Below the pieces are notes generated by a model, which worked only from the letters and a program-made list of their open reading frames with translations, searched no databases and was not told where the DNA came from. The translations under genes and the position numbers were made by a program. From the IMG/VR virus record IMGVR_UViG_3300042970_000025: a stretch of DNA of 64,000 nt. The stretch is one strand, 5' to 3'. Source of the DNA: a virus (lineage: Duplodnaviria; Caudoviricetes). Below are positions 39,411 to 49,097 of this stretch, piece after piece (positions within the stretch are counted from its first letter, which is position 1; the number at the start of each line of letters is the position of its first letter).

Positions 39411-40217
39411 CTACATAAACTGTTTCATCAGATCGAGCCTCTTTTCGAGATCATCGATTCGGTATTTCTGCATGGTGATTGGATTGCTTGATGGATTGGT
39501 GCGTTTTGCATAATCACAAAGTTTTTTATTCATTGCAGCAGCTACCTGGTAGCGGGAGAAAAGCATACCGGAAGGTAGATTCTCATTTTGCTTTGAATTG
39601 TTCTCTAACTCAGGTTCCGTTTCGGTATGGTAGAGCTCGTCTCGGCTGGTCACACCATTTGCGAAATGAAGCTCGACCGCTTTTCCAGCGTCCATCCAGG
39701 TCTCCTCATCCATCAGCTTTGAAAGTTTGTTTCTGGAAAGGCCAGTTTTTTCTTGATAGGCATTGATGATGGACGCTTTCACTTCAGAAAGCATTTCAAT
39801 TGCTTTCTGCATCTCTGCCGTATCACCCATCGCAATAGTCGAAGGGTTATGGATCATGATCATTGAAACAGGGGAGACGAGCACTTCATCGCCAGCCATC
39901 GCAATGACCGATGCTGCCGATGCAGCAAGCCCGTCAATTTTTACGGTGATCTTTCCTTTGTAGTCACGGAGCATGTTGTAGATCTGTGCTGCCGCAAAGC
40001 AGTCACCTCCGGGGCTGTTGATCCAGACCGTGATGTCGCCAGCTCCAGAATTAAGGTCAGAACGAAAAAGAGCCGGGGTGACATCATCATCAAACCAGCT
40101 CTCTTCAGCGATTGTACCGTTTAGAAACAGCGTCCTTGATTCAGTTACTTCGTCTGGATTTTCCAGAGCGGGTGTTTTGTTTCTTATCCATTTCCAGAAC
40201 TTCTTCTGTGGATTCAT
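39411..40217 (-). CDS. ClpP-type prohead protease
   Basis: INSPGGD, AASAASVIAMAG, MIHNP, ETWM. Confidence 0.93.
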   Translation of the reverse strand: MNPQKKFWKWIRNKTPALENPDEVTESRTLFLNGTIAEESWFDDDVTPALFRSDLNSGAGDITVWINSPGGDCFAAAQIYNMLRDYKGKITVKIDGLAASAASVIAMAGDEVLVSPVSMIMIHNPSTIAMGDTAEMQKAIEMLSEVKASIINAYQEKTGLSRNKLSKLMDEETWMDAGKAVELHFANGVTSRDELYHTETEPELENNSKQNENLPSGMLFSRYQVAAAMNKKLCDYAKRTNPSSNPITMQKYRIDDLEKRLDLMKQFM

Positions 40218-41469
40218 CCGAGTCCTCCTTATGTTCATTATTCGTATAAGCTGATCCTGCATCTTTCAGTTTCACAACGTTGCCGTTTAAAATGTGCAGG
40301 TTGCCGCCTTCCTCGTCGGAAAGCAGATCCATGTTTTCAAGCTCCCGGACATCGTTGATGGAGTAGATGCCGTTTTGGATACCAGTCGCATATCCGCTCA
40401 TCCTGCTTTGGTAGTCACCACGGAGGAGGCCATCTACGTTAAAGCGGATGAAGTAGTTGTCCTTTTCCTGCGGTAGAAGCAGGGATCTTTGCATAGACTG
40501 TTCCCAGCGGGAAAGCCACGGCTCTAAGGTGTAGGTCACAAATTCCAGTGACTGCTCCTCAATGTTGGAAAACGTCGCATGCTCCAGGTCACCAATGAGA
40601 TGGGGAGGAATCCGAAAGATTCTCGCGATCTCATCGAGCTGGAATTTACGCGTTTCCAAGAACTGCGCCTGCTCCGGTGAAATGGAGATTGGCGTATACG
40701 TCATACCTTCTTCAAGAATCGCTACCTTGTTTGCCTTGTGGCTTCCTCCAAAGCCTGCTTCCCAGGAAGAACGGATCTTTTCCGGGTCCTTCACGGTTCC
40801 TGGCATGGAAAGCACGCCAGATGGATTTGCGCCGTTCTTAAAGAAGGACGCACCGTATTCTTCGGTTGCCATTGCCATGCCAATGGAGTTTTTCGCCATC
40901 GCAATCGGGGAGTAGCCGACAAGGCCGTCAAATCCAAGTCCAGGTACATGCAGCACTTCGCTTGGAGAAAGCCTCACCGTTCCGGTTTTCATGGTAGGAG
41001 CATCCGATGTATTCATCTGGTACTCATAGTAAATGTGACCGTTTTCATCACGGTCGACTTTCATACGGTTTGCCATAAGCGGATAGAGGCTGGCGACTTC
41101 ACCGCGACCGTTCCGGATTATCTGTGCGTAGGCATTGCCCCATAGCAGGAGGTGCGTCATCAGCGTTTCCCTGAAGATATACGAAGTCATTTCTGGATTC
41201 GGTTCATCATGTAGAATCCTATATAGGGGATGTTTTAACGCCTTAGTCTTACTGCCCTCGTCTGCATATTCATAAAGGTGCAGCGGCAAACTTGCGATAG
41301 CCTCTGATAAAACTCTTATGCAAGCATAAACTGCAGATATCTGCATAGCAGAACGTTCTGTTACGGTGTTTCCGGAAGTTGTGCCGCCAAAGTAATATCT
41401 GTAGCCAGACCCGTTCGTGGAATCTTGCGGCTTGTCTCTTGATTTAAATAGCTTTGAAAATACACTCAT
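40141..41469 (-). CDS. HK97-family portal protein
   Basis: AVYACIRVLSE.IASLP, PNPEMT, LLLWGNAY, NIEEQ. Confidence 0.95.
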   Translation of the reverse strand: MSVFSKLFKSRDKPQDSTNGSGYRYYFGGTTSGNTVTERSAMQISAVYACIRVLSEAIASLPLHLYEYADEGSKTKALKHPLYRILHDEPNPEMTSYIFRETLMTHLLLWGNAYAQIIRNGRGEVASLYPLMANRMKVDRDENGHIYYEYQMNTSDAPTMKTGTVRLSPSEVLHVPGLGFDGLVGYSPIAMAKNSIGMAMATEEYGASFFKNGANPSGVLSMPGTVKDPEKIRSSWEAGFGGSHKANKVAILEEGMTYTPISISPEQAQFLETRKFQLDEIARIFRIPPHLIGDLEHATFSNIEEQSLEFVTYTLEPWLSRWEQSMQRSLLLPQEKDNYFIRFNVDGLLRGDYQSRMSGYATGIQNGIYSINDVRELENMDLLSDEEGGNLHILNGNVVKLKDAGSAYTNNEHKEDSDESTEEVLEMDKKQNTRSGKSRRSN

Positions 41470-42182
41470 ACGATATCCTCCATTCTATTTCTGAGACATC
41501 CCTGTTCACCTTTATTAGGAAAGTTCAGACAGGCAAAATTGCCAAAATAAAAGCGAGCGGCTTCATCATAAGCCCTCGCTGCGTCTTCAGCTGTGTCATA
41601 ATAGCCAAGATGTTTAGTTTTGTCGTGCAGACTGATGTATGCCCGATATTTTCCTCTATCCTTCCTGTAACTGACTCCTTTAAACCCAGATGAGTTATGG
41701 CTTGGCAGCCGCATATTCCTGATATTTTGTATTGGGGTAGCTACTCTTAGGTTACACCGTCTGTTGTCTCTTGGGTTCCCGTTGATATGATCAACATAAT
41801 TACTGTCACCGATTCCAAGAAGGTACCGTGTAAGTCTTACGTTCTTTTCTTTAATTCTGGCAATCGCATATCCATATTTGTCTATATACCAGCAATGCTT
41901 CTCAATTGCTTGCCGATCGCTTGTATCAAAAATAAAAAAGTCACCGTTTTCTGCGACATAACGTAAGTGATCATTGTCAGATTCAATGCGACAGCAATGG
42001 CAACATGTCGTCTGTCTGCCGCTAATCAGAAGTTTTCTGCAGACTTTTACATGATTTCCGCAATCGCATGTGCAGTTGTAGAAACTTCGGCGTTTCTTTT
42101 CGTTTGCATAGAAATCGGATCCAGCATATGAATCCACATGTAGTTTTCCAAACCTGCATCCGACAACATCGTTAACATCCAT
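41466..42182 (-). CDS. HNH-AP2 free-standing homing endonuclease
   Basis: CTCDCG, VDHINGNPRDNRRCNLR, SGFKGVS...LGYYDTAEDAARAYD. Confidence 0.88.
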   Translation of the reverse strand: MDVNDVVGCRFGKLHVDSYAGSDFYANEKKRRSFYNCTCDCGNHVKVCRKLLISGRQTTCCHCCRIESDNDHLRYVAENGDFFIFDTSDRQAIEKHCWYIDKYGYAIARIKEKNVRLTRYLLGIGDSNYVDHINGNPRDNRRCNLRVATPIQNIRNMRLPSHNSSGFKGVSYRKDRGKYRAYISLHDKTKHLGYYDTAEDAARAYDEAARFYFGNFACLNFPNKGEQGCLRNRMEDIV

Positions 42183-42192
42183 ATGAATCACC

Positions 42193-43794
42193 TCACAGAA
42201 ATAAAATACCGTGCTCATCATAAACAGATGAGCCGTCATCGTTACCGCCACGGAGTGCACGGTCAAGCCCCATCACTAGAGCAATTGCTCCGTCAATCTT
42301 TTCCGTTGATTTTTCCTTATCCATCTTGATATTGCCTGCTGGGTCACGCCGGATAAAGATGTTGTCCATCATCCAGCGAAGCACAGGATGACCACCGTGG
42401 GCGATCCTTTGTTCCAACGTTAACTTCATGAGTTCTTTTGTGGGACCGGTCATATCTTTGAACCCCTGTCCGAATGGAACGACCGTAAATCCCATGCCCT
42501 CAAGGTTCTGGACCATCTGAACTGCTCCCCAGCGGTCGAAGGCAATCTCCCGGATATTGAATCGTTCACCAAGGTTTTCGATGAACTTCTCGATGAATCC
42601 GTAGTGGATGACGTTTCCTTCTGTTGTTTCTAAGTATCCTTCCTTCTCCCAAAGATCGTATGGCACATGATCTCTCCGAACCCTGAGGTCCACATTATCT
42701 TCCGGAATCCAGAAGTAGGGGAGCACGACATATTTGTCTGTCTCGTCTCTTGGTGGAAAAACAAGAACGAATGCCGTGATATCTGTAGTGGAGGAGAGGT
42801 CAAGACCACCATAGCAGACGCGGCCTTCCAGGTCATCTTCATCCACAGAAAATGCACAGGCATCCCACTTGTCCATCGGCATCCAGCGGACGGCCTGCTT
42901 CACCCATTGGTTCAGCCGAAGCTGCCGGAAGGCGTTCTCTTCACCGGGGTTCTGCTTTGCTGAGTTGCAGGCAGCTTGTACTTTATCGATGCCGACCGTG
43001 ATGCCAAGAGAAGGATTCGCCTTTTTCCAGACCTTTGGATCGGTCCAATCCTCAGATTCTTCAGCGCCGTAGATCACCGGATAGAAGGTGGGATCGATTT
43101 TCCTACCTTCGATGATATCAAGCGCCTTCTGATGGACTTCGTAGCAGATGCTGTTCGTATCCGTTCCAGCGGTCGTAATCAAAAAGTATAGTGGCTGCGT
43201 TCTGGCGTCGCCGGATCCTTTCGTCATAACGTCGTAGAGCTTCCGGTTCGGCTGCGTATGCAGCTCATCAAAAATGACGCCACTGGTATTAAATCCATGC
43301 TTGTTCGCCACATCTGCAGAAAGTACCTGATAGGTGCTGTTAGTTGGAAGGTAGATGAGCTTCTTCTGGGATTCCAGAATCTTCACCCGCTTATCAAGAG
43401 CAGGGCAGAGGCGCACCATATCGACAGCCACGTCATAGACAATCTTTGCCTGGTTTCGGTCCGCTGCGCAGCCGTAAACTTCAGCACGCTCTTCTCCGTC
43501 CCCGCAGGTAAGAAGCAAGGCGACCGCTGCGGCAAGCTCAGACTTGCCTTGTTTCTTTGGAATTTCAATGTAGGCCGTGTTGAACTGCCGGTAGCCATTC
43601 GGCTTTAGGATTCCGAAGACGTCGCGGATAATCCGTTCCTGCCAGTCGATCAGTTCAAAGGGCTTTCGGTACCAACTGCCTTTGGTATGACGGAGACTTT
43701 CGATAAATAGCACGGCATAGTCTGCGGCGTCCTTGCTGTACTTTGAGTCTTCTGCCATGAAACGTGTCGGCTTGTAATTCTTTAGTTTTCGCAT
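42193..43794 (-). CDS. terL: Terminase large subunit
   Basis: PKKQGKSEL, FDELH, GGLDLSSTTD, KIDGAIA. Confidence 0.95.
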   Translation of the reverse strand: MRKLKNYKPTRFMAEDSKYSKDAADYAVLFIESLRHTKGSWYRKPFELIDWQERIIRDVFGILKPNGYRQFNTAYIEIPKKQGKSELAAAVALLLTCGDGEERAEVYGCAADRNQAKIVYDVAVDMVRLCPALDKRVKILESQKKLIYLPTNSTYQVLSADVANKHGFNTSGVIFDELHTQPNRKLYDVMTKGSGDARTQPLYFLITTAGTDTNSICYEVHQKALDIIEGRKIDPTFYPVIYGAEESEDWTDPKVWKKANPSLGITVGIDKVQAACNSAKQNPGEENAFRQLRLNQWVKQAVRWMPMDKWDACAFSVDEDDLEGRVCYGGLDLSSTTDITAFVLVFPPRDETDKYVVLPYFWIPEDNVDLRVRRDHVPYDLWEKEGYLETTEGNVIHYGFIEKFIENLGERFNIREIAFDRWGAVQMVQNLEGMGFTVVPFGQGFKDMTGPTKELMKLTLEQRIAHGGHPVLRWMMDNIFIRRDPAGNIKMDKEKSTEKIDGAIALVMGLDRALRGGNDDGSSVYDEHGILFL

Positions 43795-43908
43795 GGCCAA
43801 GGGTCGTTCACTTCCTTTGTGGCATAAAAATAACCGCATTGCTGCGGCCTTCGTTTCATCTATTCTGTACGAGAAACAGAGCCCTAAGCTCCGCTTCCTT
43901 TTGTTTTC

Positions 43909-44136
43909 TTAGTTATATTCGTGAATCAGGATTCCGTAGGCCAGCTGGCTTGCTTCATCCTCCGGCTCGATATCCCAGCCTCTGTCGTAGTTCAATGTGG
44001 TTTTTCCATCCACCTTGATCATCAACTTGCTGATTCTTCCTCCGTCGATGCCGTAGTCTTCGCTCGGCTCTTCATAATGCTTTACCCAGTAATTACAAAT
44101 CGTGTTTTCAATCTCGATGCTTCCCTTGCTCCACAT
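43909..44136 (-). CDS. Small conserved phage protein
   Basis: YGIDGGRISKL, NYDRGWD; own promoter motif and RBS. Confidence 0.75.
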   Translation of the reverse strand: MWSKGSIEIENTICNYWVKHYEEPSEDYGIDGGRISKLMIKVDGKTTLNYDRGWDIEPEDEASQLAYGILIHEYN

Positions 44137-44180
44137 AGTTTTCTTCCTCCTTGCTTTGTGCGCTTTTCTTTTGGTATGTG

Positions 44181-44211
44181 TATATTCGCTCTGATGCGCA
44201 CATATAGCAAG
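44181..44211 (-). promoter_or_regulatory. CTTGMTA-N12-AGAGYGA motif, copy 2
   Basis: cttgcta tatgtgcgcatc agagcgaatata on minus. Confidence 0.65.
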
Positions 44212-44293
44212 CGGTATCTTTCGGATATGAAGTATTTATTCATAGACTTCCTGTACGAGAAAAAGCCCGTTTATGGGCTCCTTCCGGCATCCT

Positions 44294-44728
44294 TTAGCAG
44301 ATGCTCATCTTGAAGGCATGCGCCTTTTCGTAGCCTTCTCCGAAGAAGGCTCTCCGAACGTTTACCTCGATCATCTCGCCGATCCTGCAGCCGGCTTCTT
44401 TGAAAAGCCAGAGGGTTTCAACCGCGTCGGTTGCCTGGCAGGAGTAGGTGAATTCCTTGATTCCGTTTTCCTTAAGGCAGGCTGTGATGGCTTCCACATC
44501 CCGATCCCAGATGACGTCGTCGAAGTTTAGGATTTCGTTCTCGTTGTCTTTTGACTTCTCAAAGGCTCTCCAGATGGTGTAGGCGACATCTCCCTGGTTT
44601 CTGAGTTTATCCATCGCTGCGTTTGCGGTTTCCCTTGCGATGTCTCTTTCTTCTGCGGTTTCCGCTTTGTCATAAGCTTTCTTTGCTTCCTGGATGGTTC
44701 TGTAGGTTTCTTCGAAAATGTTCTTCAT
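44294..44728 (-). CDS. Hypothetical phage protein
   Basis: 144 aa ORF with RBS and promoter motif. Confidence 0.75.
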   Translation of the reverse strand: MKNIFEETYRTIQEAKKAYDKAETAEERDIARETANAAMDKLRNQGDVAYTIWRAFEKSKDNENEILNFDDVIWDRDVEAITACLKENGIKEFTYSCQATDAVETLWLFKEAGCRIGEMIEVNVRRAFFGEGYEKAHAFKMSIC

Positions 44729-44770
44729 GGTTTGCCTCCGTTTGTTTGGTGTGTTTCTTTTGTTAGTGTA

Positions 44771-44800
44771 TATATCACTCTAAACGGATGTAATAGCAAG
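44771..44800 (-). promoter_or_regulatory. CTTGMTA-N12-AGAGYGA motif, copy 3
   Basis: cttgcta ttacatccgttt agagtgatata on minus. Confidence 0.65.
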
Positions 44801-44827
44801 TCATTTATCGGAGAAAATGTGTATTTT

Positions 44828-45022
44828 TCAGGCGTTTTCGCTATCTCCATGAAGAATGAAATGGACGTATTCTCTGCGGTGAAATGTGAGGTAGAGGACC
44901 AAGTCGTAGAAATCCCGCTTGTAGGCGAGACGCTGCACCATGTTCAAGTCGAACATGTTCGTAAGGCCGGTGCCTTGGATCGCGAGAATCTGTTCTTTTA
45001 CTTTTTTGTCCATGTCATTCAC
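44828..45022 (-). CDS. DUF5049-like protein
   Basis: KVKEQILAI..TGLTNMFD...VQR, YVHFIL. Confidence 0.75.
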   Translation of the reverse strand: MNDMDKKVKEQILAIQGTGLTNMFDLNMVQRLAYKRDFYDLVLYLTFHRREYVHFILHGDSENA

Positions 45023-45239
45023 CGACCTTTCTTACGATGTCCTCACCGTAGATCACATTCAAGCCAGAACCGTCGTCCCAGCTGACAAGCAGGGAACCGG
45101 TGTCGTCAATGCCGTTGACCGTGCCACACGTTCCTTCAGGTGGTGCTTGGACATCGTCCATCTGAAGAAGCTCCACGCGGGTTCCGTCAGGGTACTGTTT
45201 TCTTAAGTCTTCAAGCTGCTCTGCACTGATCGTTCTCAT
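45015..45239 (-). CDS. DUF4314-like protein
   Basis: YP.GTRVEL..MDD, IDD.G.L.V.WD.GSGL. Confidence 0.8.
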   Translation of the reverse strand: MRTISAEQLEDLRKQYPDGTRVELLQMDDVQAPPEGTCGTVNGIDDTGSLLVSWDDGSGLNVIYGEDIVRKVGE

Positions 45240-45902
45240 GCCTGCACCTCCGTTTCCGGAGCGCCGTTTTTCCAGCTGGAATTTCCGGAGAGATTCTCAA
45301 GCAGGATTTTCCGTTCCTTCTTGTACTCTGATCCGATGAATCCGAGCCGAAGAAGGAAGCAGCGGAACGTGTACTTCTCATTGGTTACCGGCATCTCTCT
45401 GCTGCTTGCCCGCTTAAGTTCCTTAGTGAGTTTACAGAGCTTGGAAATGAAATCCGTATAGGCTTTCGCTTCCTCTGCCTCCGGCATTTCAGAAAACCAT
45501 GGGAATGCAATCCGGTCTTCCTTAATCTCAAACCCAAGGTCACTGATCCCAAGGGCATGACGGATCAGCGTTCCTTTTGCCTGAAGGATGTTGGAAAGGT
45601 TGCCGACGCTTACTTTATCGAGCGGAACCTCGATGGTAAGTCCGCATTTTTCTTCCTCGACCTTTTCGTCCTCAACATTGTCTGATGGTACAAAGGCGAC
45701 TTTCTTCAGTTCTTCTTCGATGTGACGGAGCTTTTCTTCATCTTCGCAGAATACGGTTCCGGTTTTATCCACCGTGACATCACCGATCTTGTAGGCGCAG
45801 GTCGGCATGTACTGGTACTCGGATACATCTCCGGTGATCCGGCAGATCTCTGTAACCAGGGATTTCCGTTCTTCTCCTGTTGCGTTATAGCTTAATTTCA
45901 TG
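45236..45902 (-). CDS. Conserved phage hypothetical protein
   Basis: NEKYTFRCFLLRLGFIG.EYK..RKILL.NL.GNS motif; MKLSY start after GGAGG. Confidence 0.75.
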
Positions 45903-45941
45903 TTGCGTACCTCCTTGTGATGTGTTCTTTTGGTACGTACA

Positions 45942-45971
45942 TATATCGCTCTAAAAGCCTTAAATATCAAG
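45942..45971 (-). promoter_or_regulatory. CTTGMTA-N12-AGAGYGA motif, copy 4
   Basis: cttgata tttaaggctttt agagcgatata on minus. Confidence 0.65.
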
Positions 45972-45988
45972 CTTTATGTGAGAATTCT

Positions 45989-47251
45989 TCAGGCGGTTTC
46001 GACTTCTTTGACCAGGTCAGAATATGGGATTTTCTTCCCGCCACGTTCGACAAACACGTGCTCGGAATCACCGGTATCTTCCACGTATCGACGGAGGATG
46101 ACCGATGCGTATTTCGGGTCGAGTTCCATTGTCATGCAGGTCCGGTTCATCTGCTCGCAGGCCATCATCGTGGAACCGGAGCCACCGAAGGTGTCGAGCA
46201 CGATCGCGTTTTCCTGACTGGAATTTTTGATCGGGTAGGAGAGAAGATCAAGCGGTTTAGATGTCGGATGGTCCTTGTTACGTTTCGGTTTGTCGAAGTT
46301 CCAGATCGTCGTCTGTTTCCGGTCAGAGTACCACGGATGTCTGCCATTCTGTAAGAATCCGTAAAGGATCGGCTCATGCTGCCACTGATAATCCGACCTT
46401 CCAAGTACCAGTGAGTTCTTTACCCAAATACACACACCGGCTAAGTGAAATCCTGCATCGATGAAGGCCTTCCGGAAGTTGAGCCCTTCCGTATCTGCAT
46501 GAAACACATACGCAGCACCACCTTTCTCTAAGTGATCCGCCATGTTGGTAAATGCAGCAAGCAGGAACTGATAAAATTCATCGCCTTTTAAGCTATCGTT
46601 TTCAATCGTAAGTCCGTCGGACGCCTTGAACGAGACTCCATACGGCGGATCCGTTACGATAAGGTTTGCGGTCTTATCACCCATAAGTGTATCTACATCT
46701 TCAGAGAAAGTAGCGTCTCCGCAGAGCAGCCGGTGCTTTCCGACTGTCCAGAGATCACCTTTTTCTACGAAGGAGGCTTTCTCAAGAGCAGCAGTCAGAT
46801 CGAAATCATCGTCCTTTGCACCTGTATCATCGGGATTCATCATCAGTTTTTCCAGATCCTTTTCATCGAATCCGAGAAGCGACAGATCATAGTCGTCAGC
46901 CTGAAGATCAGATAGTTCTACAGAGAGCATGTCCTCGTCCCATCCGGCATTTAAAGCCAGCTGATTGTCAGCGAGGGTATAGGCACGCTTCTGGGCATCG
47001 GTCAACCATTTTTCTTTCACGCACGGTATCTTTTTAAGTCCAAGCTGCTGTGCCGCATAGTACCTGCCGTGACCACAGAGAATCGTATTGTCATCCGATA
47101 CAACTATTGGAGAAAGGAAGCCAAATTCCTTAATTGATGCGGCGATCTGAGCGATTTGTTCCTTGGAGTGTGTTCTGGCGTTTCTGGCGTATGGTATGAT
47201 CGTATCTATATCAGCGAGATAGTACTGTGTTTGCTTTTCTTCGTTATCCAT
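45989..47251 (-). CDS. ParB-domain N6/N4 DNA methyltransferase
   Basis: PYARNARTH/GHGR ParB domain; TDPPY, HPTSKP, DTFGGSGST. Confidence 0.92.
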   Translation of the reverse strand: MDNEEKQTQYYLADIDTIIPYARNARTHSKEQIAQIAASIKEFGFLSPIVVSDDNTILCGHGRYYAAQQLGLKKIPCVKEKWLTDAQKRAYTLADNQLALNAGWDEDMLSVELSDLQADDYDLSLLGFDEKDLEKLMMNPDDTGAKDDDFDLTAALEKASFVEKGDLWTVGKHRLLCGDATFSEDVDTLMGDKTANLIVTDPPYGVSFKASDGLTIENDSLKGDEFYQFLLAAFTNMADHLEKGGAAYVFHADTEGLNFRKAFIDAGFHLAGVCIWVKNSLVLGRSDYQWQHEPILYGFLQNGRHPWYSDRKQTTIWNFDKPKRNKDHPTSKPLDLLSYPIKNSSQENAIVLDTFGGSGSTMMACEQMNRTCMTMELDPKYASVILRRYVEDTGDSEHVFVERGGKKIPYSDLVKEVETA

Positions 47252-47839
47252 TTATCGTCCTTTCCGTGAGCGGAGGAGCTGCTCCATCGTGTCATTCGGA
47301 TTATCCGTAAACTCCTCGGTGCAGTTCTGCTTTACGATGTCATAAATCTCCATCCAGATCAGGTTGGCGGATTTCTGAAACTGAGAAGCCATCTGAACGA
47401 AGGGGGAGGAGATTACGCCGCCAGTCGTCGGGTGCTTGCCGAGGAGTCCGTAGGTCGATATCGCATCTTCGCACTGAATGTATCTGGCGAAGTTCTGTGC
47501 ATAGGACTCGATGAGACGCTTGTTCACGAGATTCTCGCAGTGACGTTTCTTGAGCCAGAGCCAGGTTTCTTTGTAGATGGCGTCCGCGCCGAGCGGCTTG
47601 CCATTTTTCTGCTTTGCGGACAGATACTCATCAGGCTTCGGCATGTCGGCTCCTTGAAGCACAGCGCCTTCCGGAAGATCCACGGCATCCAGTTCTTCTG
47701 GTTCGAGATCCGGAATGTCATTTCTCATGATCAGAGGTCTCTGTCCTTTTGCTATTTTCTCAGCGGCAGATGCCGGTTTGTCACCGGCACGTATTCGTCT
47801 GCCGCCGCGGTAGGTTCCATCTCTTGCCACGCTTTTCAT
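47252..47839 (-). CDS. terS: Terminase small subunit (P27 family)
   Basis: DGT.RGG.R..AG.KP start, KHPTTG, downstream of cos/HNH. Confidence 0.82.
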   Translation of the reverse strand: MKSVARDGTYRGGRRIRAGDKPASAAEKIAKGQRPLIMRNDIPDLEPEELDAVDLPEGAVLQGADMPKPDEYLSAKQKNGKPLGADAIYKETWLWLKKRHCENLVNKRLIESYAQNFARYIQCEDAISTYGLLGKHPTTGGVISSPFVQMASQFQKSANLIWMEIYDIVKQNCTEEFTDNPNDTMEQLLRSRKGR

Positions 47840-47859
47840 CTCCTTTCTGAAGTTGGCAG

Positions 47860-47955
47860 GGTTTAATCACCCGTTTGAACCGGAAAAAATTCACGCGATA
47901 GGGGGCGCCGGTCTTTTGGCTGATTGCCTTTAGAGATTCAGACCGCCCCTACCGA
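47860..47955 (-). other. Probable cos packaging region
   Basis: GC-rich ggggcggtc..aatctct...gaccggcgccccct..cgcg pattern between HNH and terS, the usual cos position. Confidence 0.5.
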
Positions 47956-47974
47956 CAGAATATTATCATTTTGA

Positions 47975-48003
47975 TTGACAACGTAAACCAAACGGGCTAT
48001 AAT
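47975..48003 (+). promoter_or_regulatory. Consensus sigma-A promoter of TA operon
   Basis: TTGACA-17 bp-TATAAT exact. Confidence 0.88.
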
Positions 48004-48018
48004 CTGAGCTGAAAGGAG

Positions 48019-48300
48019 ATGATTTATATGTCTACAGTTCCAACTCAGATCCGTATTGATTCCGGTGTCAAAAAGCAGGCGAACGAACTCTTTAATGAAC
48101 TCGGTCTGGATATGTCCGGCGCTGTCAATATTTTCTTAAGACAGTGCATTATGAGAGGCGGACTTCCTTTCAAGGTTGAGGTTCCACAGTACTCTAAAGA
48201 ATTGCTCAGCGCTGCCGATGAGGCAAAGCGCATTTCCCGTGACCCTGACGTGCCGGGATACACCAGCATGGAAGATCTTAAGAAAGCTCTTGAAGCCTGA
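48019..48300 (+). CDS. RelB/DinJ-family antitoxin
   Basis: IRID..VKKQA..LF..LGLDMS.AVNIFLRQ...GGLPF. Confidence 0.9.
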   Translation: MIYMSTVPTQIRIDSGVKKQANELFNELGLDMSGAVNIFLRQCIMRGGLPFKVEVPQYSKELLSAADEAKRISRDPDVPGYTSMEDLKKALEA

Positions 48301-48582
48301 ATGAACTTAAACGTCAAATTTACTTCGGCTTATAAGAAAAGCTATAAGCTGATGAAGAAGCGTGGGCTGGACCTTTCTCTTCTTGATGACGTCATCAACA
48401 CTTTACGTCAGGGTAAAGCACTGGAGGAGAAGTACCATGACCACGAACTGAAGGGAAAACTCAAAGGCTTCCGTGAATGTCATATTCAGCCGGACTGGCT
48501 TCTCGTCTATCTGATAGAGAACGACATCCTCACACTGACATTGGTAGACACTGGAAGCCATGCGGATCTCTTTAACATGTAA
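48301..48582 (+). CDS. yafQ: YafQ-family mRNA interferase toxin
   Basis: YHDHELKG, RECHIQPDWLLVY, TGSHADLF. Confidence 0.92.
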   Translation: MNLNVKFTSAYKKSYKLMKKRGLDLSLLDDVINTLRQGKALEEKYHDHELKGKLKGFRECHIQPDWLLVYLIENDILTLTLVDTGSHADLFNM

Positions 48583-48583
48583 C

Positions 48584-48611
48584 AAAGACCGCCTGCAATG
48601 GGGCGGTCTTT
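48584..48611. terminator. Bidirectional terminator between yafQ and HNH gene
   Basis: aaagaccgcc-loop-ggcggtcttt. Confidence 0.8.
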
Positions 48612-48965
48612 TTATCTGTCACCGCGTTTCCCGTGGATCTTCTCGTGACAGCTCCGGCATAAACTTTCGAGGTTACTTTCGTCGTTCGTTCCACCTTCGG
48701 AGATCGGAATGATATGGTGGACCTCCTCAACTGGAACGTAGCGCCCTTGCTTTAGGCACTCCTCGCAGAGAGGGTGCTTTTTTACGTAGCGGGTCCTTAT
48801 CTTTCTCCACTGACTCCCGTAACGCTTATGTCCGTTGTAGCCGCGGGTGAAGTGGTCGTAGTGCTGCTGCATCTGTTTCTTATGAGCAGGGCAGTACTGC
48901 TCACCATCTTCAGCGAGGTTGCTGCAGCCTGGGTAGCGGCAGGGACGCTTAGGTTTCCTTGGCAT
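48612..48965 (-). CDS. Packaging-associated HNH endonuclease
   Basis: PC..PGC, HPLCEEC, VHHIIP...GG....NLESLC..CH. Confidence 0.92.
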   Translation of the reverse strand: MPRKPKRPCRYPGCSNLAEDGEQYCPAHKKQMQQHYDHFTRGYNGHKRYGSQWRKIRTRYVKKHPLCEECLKQGRYVPVEEVHHIIPISEGGTNDESNLESLCRSCHEKIHGKRGDR

Positions 48966-49042
48966 GACTTTCACTCCCTTGCATAACAAAAGCCCCGGAA
49001 GGGATTAACCTTTCGAGGCATGTATCTTTATTCTCTTTCGTC

Positions 49043-49096
49043 ATTATAACTATAGCACAGGTCGGGTATGACAAACTGTGACAAAGTGTGCCAACT
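49043..49096 (-). promoter_or_regulatory. Late promoter: TATAAT plus three 10-bp tandem repeats (activator sites)
   Basis: tatgacaaac tgtgacaaag tgtgccaact at 49067-49096; -10 at 49043-49048; directly after RinA/ArpU-like gene. Confidence 0.75.
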
Positions 49097-49097
49097 T

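Noticed and set aside
47940-48593. agaccgcc direct repeat flanking the TA cassette as a target duplication
   Set aside because: Only 8 bp, and each copy is explained by the cos region or the terminator stem.
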